Below, one piece after another: positions 23,449 through 32,428 of a DNA stretch of 37,528 nt. The notes beneath the pieces are model-generated. The model saw only the letters and a list, made by a program, of their open reading frames with translations, had not been told where the DNA came from and searched no databases. Positions within the stretch are counted from its first letter, which is position 1. Every line of letters begins with the position of its first letter. A program made the position numbers and the translations under genes. The stretch comes from Amoebophrya sp. A120 (lineage: Eukaryota; Protista; Dinoflagellata), in contig CAJINV010000004.1 of assembly GCA_905178155.1 (NCBI GenBank), positions 9,055,431 through 9,092,958 on the forward strand. The letters run 5' to 3'.

Positions 23449-26400
23449 ATGGGGTGTGTTTTGGCATGCATTTTGCATGTCGAAAAAGTAAGTACCACTG
23501 CGACTACTGCTCTCCTTGAAACATTCCTAGCAGCACTCGTTAGCCTAAATAAAGTCACTCATTTTGTCCCTTCCATAACGACTGAAGAGGGGTATTCCGC
23601 CCCGCCGACGAAGCAGCCCGGCTCGAAATCGAAACAAAGCGTCAACTCCCGGGGGCCCCAACGCTGGCCGGTCACGCAGAAGGAGTACAAGGCCCTCGCA
23701 CAGATGTACTCGGGCGGCGCGAAGTACTCGGTTTTCTACTCGCAAGAGCGGGACGCGAAGAGACTAACCGAGCTGGAGGAGGAATTTATCGATGATCACA
23801 GGTACTTTTACTTACTTCCTACTACTGATGCATGACATAAGAATGGGGCTCTTGGGTAACGTGCATGACAGATTTAAGAGTCATGCCAGACAAGCATGAC
23901 AAACATGCACTCTTCCAGACCCAGACATATTTGCATTTGATATCACAGGCAACTGATCGCCGATGAGCTGAAAGACCGTGTGTCCGGAAGGGAGGAAGTC
24001 CCCAAGTCCGTCGCGTGCACTATGGGGTTCTCAAATCGGTTACCTTCTCAACTGTTGCATGAATTTGTGATGCAGGAACGGCAACAGGGAAAGGCCGGAG
24101 CTTGCAGCTCTTGCATTACAAATTCGGCACAGATTGTTCCCATGCTGTTTAGCCCTTCCAAAATTTGTCACGCGAGGCAGCTTGACTGTGTGGACGATGT
24201 TGATGCTCGTTTTGCAAGACAAACTCACGCAACAGTTGAGAATGTAACGTTTGAGAACGCCATATGCAAGAGCGTGGGGTTGGCACTGGATGTGAAGACT
24301 AGAGCTGCGACGATTAAGCGGCTCTGCAACGACAGGCAGAAGCAATCAAGTATATCTAGAAGTGACAGCTTTTTTGAATTTGAAGTGAAGCATCTTCTTG
24401 ATGTTTTAGGCATGCACCGGCGCCTTCCGGAAGTTTTTCGTTTTGGTTGTCATGCAATTTCTTGTACTTATACAGTCGCACGCAGTAGGAGTAGATATCA
24501 TGGTCATGCACGAGTTCCTCCTTTAATATTAATTCTACAAAAACAGGAACTTTGAAGTTAATTAAGTGGGACGGTGAGAAGGAGACCCTCGTCGGCTTTC
24601 TCTTCGTAAAGGTGATCCTGCCCAAGGAATCCCACCAGGGCGCCGTATTCTGAGTAAAAACATCCCCACCCCAGAGTTGTCATGCAAATCTGCATGCCAA
24701 AAATGTTTCTCATGCGGAGCTCCATGCGAAGCATTCCCCCGTTGTGTTTTGGAGTTTGTGATGCTCAAATCAGCATGATATGCTAGATCTGTGATGCTGC
24801 TGGAGCTAGTTAAACAGGATTACAGTACGGGGCCAAATTTGTCATGCGAAACAGCCAAAGCTGGTTGATTTGTCTAGCAGACTTCCCATCCTGACTCTGG
24901 TGTGGGTACGTTTTTACTCAGGATACGCCGGGCCGGATCATCATGGGCCCAACAGCCCCCGCGGAAGCACGATCAGCCGGAGGACAAACAACGACCAGAA
25001 AAAGGCCTTCGGGGATCAGATGTCACCACCGGACAGCGACGTCATGCACGTGCGAACCAGGCACGGAGGTGAGCTCAAAGCCGAGCCGGCGGAGAATCTG
25101 GTACTTATAAGTACCGTACACGGTAGTTTAGGTTTTGAATTTGATGATGAAGTTGAAGGTGCCATGTGACAAGCGCAGCAAGAACAAACTATTTGTCGTG
25201 CTGTTTTCGATAACTTCAACTTGATAACTTGCCCTGCACAGTAAGTTCTGCCTTGGTTAGTTAGTACATGTTGCATACTCGCGTTTTTGCTTTTGGTATC
25301 TACTTACTTACTTTATCACTTAAACAGTCACAAAACTCAATGAAAAATATCAGCAAGCGCACCAGCACCGCAACCGCGTGCTCCAGCGTATTTACGAAAA
25401 CTGGACCAATGGGCTGGATATTTTCCATGTGAGTCCTTCCTTTCTAGAGGAGGAGGACATGGGATCCTCGTCAGACGAGGACGAAGAAATGCGCGACAAC
25501 TCGTCCCATAGCGGGCGGTCGAATAGCAAAAGCTCGTCGGGCGGGAATAACCGGCGGGGAAGCAAGAGTCCATCGCGACGAAGGAATCGCGGTCGCAGTC
25601 CCAGTAACAACAAGCCGAGAATCCAGTCGTTGATCGAGAAGACGGACGACTGCCCGCGCATGGAAATTTCCCACCTAAAAGTGGACAACAGCGAGGCGGG
25701 CAAAGGGCTGGGGAAACTGTTGCTGATCGGCGCCCTGGAGCACATCAACCGCCAGTACGATTCCCACCCGTGGCTGCGCCGCGTATCAACTGTAAAAATG
25801 TCTGGGTCTGGAAGAATTTATGTTTGTCATGCTTGTCTGGCATGACTCTTAAATGTGTCATGCACGTTACCCAAGAGCTGCGTTTTTCTGTGATGCAGAA
25901 GCGCAGTTTGTCATGCAGAATAGGCAACACCTAGGAGCTCAGAAACTTGTCATGCTGAGCTAGCATTTGTAGCCTCATCATGAGACGCTACCCAGCATCA
26001 CAAGTTCCCAGACCCAGACATTTTTACATTTGATACCGCGCGATCATGAGCAACTGGAGCTTGAGCGTGTTTGCGGGGAACAACCGGTATCCTGAGTAAA
26101 AACGTCCCCACACCAGAGTCAAGATGGGAAATCTGCTACACAAATCTACAACTTTTAGCTGTTTTGCATGACAAGATTGGAGCATGACAAATTCCAAAAC
26201 GCGAATGGACAATGCTTCTCATGGAGCTCCGCATGAGAAACCTTTTCAGCATGCAGACTTGCATGACAACTCTCGGGTGGGGACGTTTTTAAATACAACA
26301 ACCGGGCACGGAGGTTCTACGAGAAGATCGGCATGAAGGAAATGGACGACGCGCGGCACATATCAAATGCAAAAGTATCGTACTCGTATTGCAGTCATGC

Positions 26401-28711
26401 ATTACAGATGTTTTTCTTGAGGTAAATCCGCATTAGAAATTTCAGTTCTCATGCTGAGGAAATTTGTAATGCATTTATACGAGTTCGAGTGCGATACTTT
26501 TGCACTGCATAGCACATGTCAACCCTGAAGGAGGCCATCGGGAGCGGGATGCACTGGATTCCGTGGAATCCAAATAGGAAAAACAAGTATAGAAATATTG
26601 ATGAATAATTATATGCTGCGGAAACAAGCCGATGTCATGTTCATGTAGATCTGTGTAATTTTTGTTTTGTCATGCATAGGTCGCTGCCCTCCTCTGTCAT
26701 GGGTTTATTTTGTACTACAACCTACTAAAGTGCCCACGACTTCAAAAGTCGAGAAAGATTATTCGTAATTCTGTATCAGAAAAACGTACCCGGGCGCTTT
26801 AAAGTCGAAGTACAATTCGGACGATCCGGACATGCGGGGCTTGGAAATCGAGTGGACCAAATTTGTCCGGCAAATAACCGACCCCCAAAAAGACGAGCTG
26901 CTGCATCACTACGTGCAGACCGAATACCGGCACCGACGGTATGGTATTCTCAACTGTTACATTCTCAGCTCTTACATGAATTTGTCACGCAAGACTACCT
27001 CAAGCCGCGAGATGATCAAGCTTGCTGCGTTGCATGACAAATCTCCGAGAGGCTAAACAGCAGCTAAATCTGTGCTAAAGCTGTGATGCGAAAGCAGCAA
27101 CCTTGCCCCTTTGACTCCTCAGCTATGCTGGACAATGGCAATCTCGGTGCGGTTGTTTTAGCATCACAAATTCGTGTAACAGTTAAGAATGTAACAGTTG
27201 AGAACGCCATAGACGGTCGCTGGCCCAGAATGCGGTGAACAACCGCCCGGGCGATCCCGACTTCAGCAAGGCGGTGCAGAAGGACAGGAATAGTGTGCTG
27301 CTGAGACCAGACGCGGTAGAGTACTATATCCTGTGCAAAAGTATCGTACTCGTATCCGTATTGCAATCATGCATTTACAAATCTTTTTCTTAACCTCAAT
27401 TAGCATTGCAAATTTTATTTCTCATGCTGAGGAAATTTGTAATGCATCTATACGCATACAGAGTACGATACTTTTGCAGTTCATATACTACGTCAAGGAG
27501 CAATTTTACAGCAAAGGGACGGCGCAGGTGAACCAGGTCTGCATTGGCGTGCAGTATCAAATGTAAAAATCCCTGGATGTCTGGAAACTTGTGATGCTGG
27601 GTGGTGTATCACGAAGAGGCCACAAATGCTGGCTCAGCATGACAAGTTTCTGAGCTTCTAGGTGTTGCCTATTCTGCATGACAAACTGCGTCTCTGCATG
27701 ACAGAAAAATGGGGCTCTTGGGTAATGTGCATGACAAATTTAAGAGTCATGCGAGACAAGCATGACAAACTTGCATTCTTCCAGACCCAGACATTTTTGC
27801 ATTTGATATGCAGCAGCTGGAGCAAATACAGCACTTGAAGCAAATCGAGTTGGACAAGGAATGGAACAAGGAAAGAAACAAACATCTGCCCGCGAGTTCC
27901 TCCTCCGCCAGTTCCACCACGTTGAATACAACTTCCACCACAAATCCGCGCAGCAACGGTGGACCAAACAGTAGTTCTTCGAACAATAACCTCCCTCCAC
28001 CGTACCAACTCGGAATGAACTCCGGCTCCGGGTATGCGGTCTCCCAGTCCAGCAACCCTGGAGGTAACAATTCTAGTGCAGCAGCTGCGCAGAGAAGTAG
28101 GAAACGGAACGCCGTATCAACTGCAAAAATGTCTGGGTCTGGAAGATTGCAACTTGTCATGCTGTCCTTGGATTCAAAAAAAATCTGTATTGCGTAAGCA
28201 GCAAAGGGAATGTAATTTCTGCTACGCGGAGAGAGCATTTGTCATGCGGAATAGGCATCGCGAAGCCCTCAAAAAATCTGTCATGCTAGGGCATGCATCA
28301 CAGACATCATGGCCCATGCAAAACATGCATGACAAATCTCGCAATCTTCCAGACCCAGACATTTTTACGTTTGATACGCCGGTGCATTTGACGATGTGAA
28401 CGACATGGACCTCTCGGGTGCGGAGGATGAGGACCTCTTACCAGGAGGGGTCGAGCAGGGTCCCCGCGCGGAATCCGAAACGGCAGTGCTATGCATTGCA
28501 AAAGTATCGTATTAGTGCAAATTGCATTACAAATTTTATCAGAACGAAAAATGAAATTTGTAAATGCTACTTCAGGTAAAAAGGTAGGTTTGTCATGCAA
28601 TATTGCAACTAAGTACGACTACGAGTGCGATACTTTTGCACTGCATAAGTGCTGAATCTGGACAAGATCCATCCCAACCCGTTTATCAAAAACCGGGACC
28701 GCCTCTGCGAC
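23449..28711 (+). CDS. GNAT-family N-acetyltransferase domain protein; start uncertain; 3' end cut off by the retroelement insertion
   Basis: Joining across 11 introner-derived introns and GT-AG introns 24350-24546, 25101-25386 and 26587-26779 gives a continuous frame with ETLVGFLFV, EISHLKVDNSEAGKGLGKLLL (motif A) and LSVFAGNNRARRFYEKIGM (motif B). Confidence 0.78.
23802..23948 (+). mobile_element. Family-A introner remnant (left TIR lost), now a GT-AG intron
   Basis: CACAG|GTACTT ... GATATCACAG|G; right half matches the 27555 copy; 7-bp repeat TCACAGG. Confidence 0.85.
24021..24264. mobile_element. Introner, family F (TIR TATGG.GTTCTCAA....TTAC.TTCTCAACTGTTGC)
   Basis: DR TGCAC/TGCAA; related to 26940; in-frame and stop-free. 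Confidence 0.88.
24646..24925. mobile_element. Introner, family C
   Basis: DR CGCCG; similar to 12174. Confidence 0.92.
25784..26035. mobile_element. Introner, family A
   Basis: DR CCGCG. Confidence 0.92.
26088..26300. mobile_element. Introner, family C, internally deleted with an altered right end
   Basis: DR ACCGG, extending to AACAACCGG; removal completes GNAT motif B. Confidence 0.88.
26361..26511. mobile_element. Introner, family B
   Basis: DR GCACA. Confidence 0.92.
26940..27211. mobile_element. Introner, family F
   Basis: DR GACGG. Confidence 0.9.
27327..27485. mobile_element. Introner, family B
   Basis: DR TACTA. Confidence 0.92.
27555..27808. mobile_element. Introner, family A (inverted relative to 19228 and 25784)
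   Basis: DR TGCAG. Confidence 0.92.
28115..28376. mobile_element. Introner, family A
   Basis: DR CGCCG. Confidence 0.92.
28490..28647. mobile_element. Introner, family B
   Basis: DR AGTGC. Confidence 0.92.
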
Positions 28712-28962
28712 TATCAAAAGGAAAAATCCCCCCTCCCCATACTGAAAAGGTATGATGTTTCTAAGAATTTGTGATGCTGATTTGTGACCACAAATCCTGT
28801 CTCTCTTGCAAGAGGGCAAACTCAAAGACTCCGCCACGATATGCAGGCGATTTGTAATGCTGCAAGGCCTATAGGGCAGAGGTCTGGCATGCTAGGCCCC
28901 TACACCGAGAGGCCCCCCCTTAGGCTTACGATCTGCGTGCAGTCCTTTACTGCAAGACAAAT
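28712..28962. mobile_element. Left ~250 bp of a family-D introner, interrupted by the YR retrotransposon
   Basis: Colinear with 511-760 up to GCAAGACAAAT; right TIR not found in the window. Confidence 0.88.
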
Positions 28963-29115
28963 GTGATTTTACAATCTCTCTCGGCCGTAAACTCGAATTG
29001 CATGAGCTGACCCTTGTCCTGCGCGGAATCACTCAAAATGTGAGTGTCGGGAAGAATCTGAAGTCGCTCACGAAAGCAACAACGCGTGTCGCTCGTGAGA
29101 GCAACAAACACTCCT
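28963..29115. repeat. Split direct repeat A, terminal copy (153 bp)
   Basis: Matches 36500-36652 with 3 substitutions seen. Confidence 0.95.
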
Positions 29116-29299
29116 GGGCGTAAGCGCGCTCGGAAGAGAACTCTCAACCAAGACACAGGAGGCCCGAACTGTATCCAGAAATAGGCTGCGTATGGTTTCG
29201 CAAGCGAGCCGACAGCCGTAGGTCATTCATGCTAGCGGGTGAAGAAATCCCGGCACTAAACTAGAGAGAGAAATGTGCACAAAATACTACTACTACTTG

Positions 29300-30637
29300 T
29301 CAAGTGAATGCTTCGTGTGGATCTTGGATCTGTGGATCAAATTTGAATTTCTTTTCGTCATGAGACCACGTTTGTGGTGCGTGATAAAAACTCATGTTAA
29401 TGCCAGGGACAGCTCCAAACTCAGTAGGTTTTTCCAGCCTCAATGCCCAGCGAGCGAGCTGGTCCGCTTCCTGCGAGAAAAACTGGGCCTCTTTGAATGC
29501 AGACGGGAAATTTGCCATGACGTACCAGAGAAATCGCGGGCGCGTCGGAATGTCGGCGATGTTGTAGCCGGTGGGGACTCGATCTACCCAGGGTGCCAGG
29601 CAAAACTTGCTGCAAAGGGACCAAAAGAAGAGGGCGGCAGTGGCCATGTGCTGCTGCGGAGAATTCTGGTTGAGGAAGGCCCACTTCGCACTGTCGTTGT
29701 CCACCGACAACCTGAAGTGACCACCGATCCGCAGCTGATCTTTGAACTCTGCGACAGCAACTACTGGCGCGACCGTCTCGAGAAACGAAATTGGGTGTTT
29801 CACCGGTACGGAAGACGACATCTCGGACTCCCTCACGTGGAGAAGACGGGCCAGCAACTGCCCGTCCCAAACTAGCACTGCCGACAGCCAGCCGGAGCCG
29901 TGAGAGAAGGAGGCGTCCGTGTGCAGCGTGATGTTGTCATCTGCAGGGTTCTCGAACTGCGCCCGCTTCTTGATCGACGAGGCCAGCACCAACTTGATGT
30001 TGTGCAAGCATTGCTTGACCTTTTCGGACAACCCGCCCCTGTGGCATGCTGGCAGATGAATATACTGAGCCAGGGGCTTCAACAACGGGCTGTGCCGACG
30101 ATCAACCAAAGATGACAAGCAGAGCATAGCTTTGCCATGCAATGATTCTGCAACATCAAGTGGAAGAGAAGCATTTGCCAACGCGTCGTCGATGATCTTC
30201 GTGATGCTTTCCTGCCGCTGCATCGACACGAAAAACTCCGGGACGTCTGCCGCCAAATCAAACATCAACCCCAAGACCTCGGTAACTTTTGCGAGCTTGA
30301 TCTTGTTCGGGTGAATGCTGAAACGCAGTACCGAAAAGATGTGCAAAGCTGCATCTTTCGCCCGCATGCCGAGCGCCTCGGGAACTGGTGACGCGAAATC
30401 GTCAACGTACACGCTCAACATGAGTTGTACGAAGAACACAGCGATGCACTTGATCGCCATCGACACCCGCACCCAGCAAGCCACACTGTGGACGTTCCCG
30501 AAAATCAAGGTGAACGCCTCGTAAAAGCGGTAAGCGTGTCGATCTAAATCAAACACGCAAAGGCGGCTGCGTCGACGGTGGCTGGGCCGGACTGCGATCG
30601 TGTTGTACGCCTTGTGGACGTCAATTACCAGCATCAT
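29300..30637 (-). CDS. Reverse transcriptase core plus RNase H (DIRS type)
   Basis: IDVHKAY, LIFG..HSV, YVDDF, VLG (RT); HTDAS, ISFLE, VDN, NIADIPTR (RNase H). Confidence 0.92.
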   Translation of the reverse strand: MMLVIDVHKAYNTIAVRPSHRRRSRLCVFDLDRHAYRFYEAFTLIFGNVHSVACWVRVSMAIKCIAVFFVQLMLSVYVDDFASPVPEALGMRAKDAALHIFSVLRFSIHPNKIKLAKVTEVLGLMFDLAADVPEFFVSMQRQESITKIIDDALANASLPLDVAESLHGKAMLCLSSLVDRRHSPLLKPLAQYIHLPACHRGGLSEKVKQCLHNIKLVLASSIKKRAQFENPADDNITLHTDASFSHGSGWLSAVLVWDGQLLARLLHVRESEMSSSVPVKHPISFLETVAPVVAVAEFKDQLRIGGHFRLSVDNDSAKWAFLNQNSPQQHMATAALFFWSLCSKFCLAPWVDRVPTGYNIADIPTRPRFLWYVMANFPSAFKEAQFFSQEADQLARWALRLEKPTEFGAVPGINMSFYHAPQTWSHDEKKFKFDPQIQDPHEAFT

Positions 30638-31710
30638 CAGCGCAACGAGCCAACAAATCCGGGATGATGCGCCGCTTTTTGCTGTTGTCGGAAGGCGAAC
30701 TCGAAGAAGCCTGATGGGACTGAACTGGCTTGAGGAGGTCGCGCGGAATTGGAGTGCCGTTCTCGATAAATTCGAGGCAGGCGTCCTCGTGCTGCTTCTC
30801 CAACGACCGGCCCCGACGAACTACGCGCCTGGAGAACTGGATGAAGTTCTTCTCCTTCAACGCCGGGTTGTGCGAAACTGCGCAAGCGCCGAGGATTTCC
30901 TGCGCCGACCCCATGGGGACTCCCTTACCGAGGGAACTGCGCGAATTGCAAGCGCAAGCCGGGTCGATCATCCTGATCTTCGTTTTTTGCTCCACGCAGA
31001 ACCGCCTCCACACGTGCGTCCACTTCCGCTTCTTCGCCTCGCGAAAGGAAATTCCTTTGGCAAGTCTTGCGTGGCCTAGGAGGGGCTCAACGAACTTGAG
31101 TCTCCTCTTCCGTCTGGCGGTAAATTTCGCGCAAGTGCGCTTCCGGCCAGTCCGGCGGAGCGGTCCCGTTCCTGTACTGATCCAAATTGTACGGCGGTTC
31201 CGTTTCAACAGCCCAAGGCTTTCTTTTCGCCGGCGGCGGGCCCCATGAAGATGGTGCACCGCAATCGCGTACGCAAGTTCCGCCTTCAACTAAAACTTCC
31301 TGCACGCAGGTGGGGTCGTCGAACTTTGCAGCATCAAGAACTTCCGCCATGAAGCCCGCGTTGTACTTGCCGTGGAATTTCCGGATCTCGGGACACATGC
31401 CCTGCTTCAACTGAGAGTCGCGAAGTGCCGACTTCTCGTTGAGCTTTTCGATTTCTGCGATGACATCAACATTCCGAATGCGCTCGGTGTCGACTCCCGT
31501 AAACTTGGAGTCGAGGGGAAGAAGTGGCGACTTCTTCCGTCGGTCGCATGAAATCCGTTTCAGCATGTCTCTCCATTTCTTTCTGTAGTCGTTCTTCTCG
31601 TCAGAAGAGACCGGGAAAGCAGACTTTGCTGGAGGCGGTGCCACCGCTCCAGGAGCCAAGACTTTGACTTCCATGGCTATCTGAACTCTAAATATGGTAT
31701 GGCAACGCAC
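30621..31710 (-). pseudogene. N-terminal part of pol, split over two further frames (31710-~31090 and ~31100-~30640)
   Basis: RT N-terminal motif RRFCVEQKTKIRMID lies in a different frame from both the upstream 207-aa ORF and the downstream RT core. Confidence 0.65.
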
Positions 31711-32428
31711 GCTAGATCTCGACTTCGCTCTGGTGTGCTACTCTCTGGGTGCTCTTGCGCTCTAGCTCTCCGCTACTTCTGGACAACTCAAGACAAAGAC
31801 GCAAACGACAGGAACTGGAATGGCAACTGCATGTCACCAACTGTGACAAGGAATGGACCCTCGTCGGGTGTTTGCTGATATTTTTTGGGTTTTTGCAATG
31901 TAAATCTGATGCTAGTCCTTTTTTAAAAGGACGATGGAAATTTTGTCACCAATTGTAGAGAAACTTCTCTAGAGCGCTGTGCATGGAAAATCATGTCGCA
32001 AATGCGTGGCGAAATGGAGCGTCGAGTACATGTTGGAAAAAACACGCACACCTCTTTGAGGAAAGTGACATGGTCATGGGAAGCGTGGATTTATGGAAGT
32101 ATGGAAATGAACTTGATTCATGGAAATTGAAACTCGTTAAAACGAAAACTAAAGGTCGTGTAAAGATATTTGCGTAAGGGGTGGGTCTGCTCATTCTTTC
32201 TTCGAAAAGTAGTGCTTGAAACCTGGATAGGACATGGCGACACTTTTGTTGAAGCCGGTATTCATTCTGTCTGAAGCGACTGTAAAAAACAGGTAACAAG
32301 GAGACTGAGCGTTTATAGTACTTTAAGTCGACGGTTGAAAACGGACACAAAAAAAACAAAAATGTGATCACTATGACATGTGAAAACCATTCACGACGAT
32401 GAGAAACGGCAGGCGGGAGAGAAGGAAA

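Noticed and set aside
883-28376. Recurrent GTCTGGGTCTGGAAG repeats as a CRISPR-like array
   Set aside because: They occur as inverted pairs bounding 250-335 bp inserts at irregular spacing; they are TIRs, and no cas genes are present
884-28600. Many short ORFs sharing peptides such as CKNVWVWK, KMSGSGR, LPDPDIF and FQTQTF as a peptide family
   Set aside because: They are translations of the family-A TIR in different frames
511-28962. Ciliate-type TA-bounded IES interpretation
   Set aside because: Paramecium-type IES excision leaves one TA, whereas here the repeats are variable 5-mers outside the TAT/ATA ends, and TAA/TAG act as stops. DNA-level excision is not formally excluded
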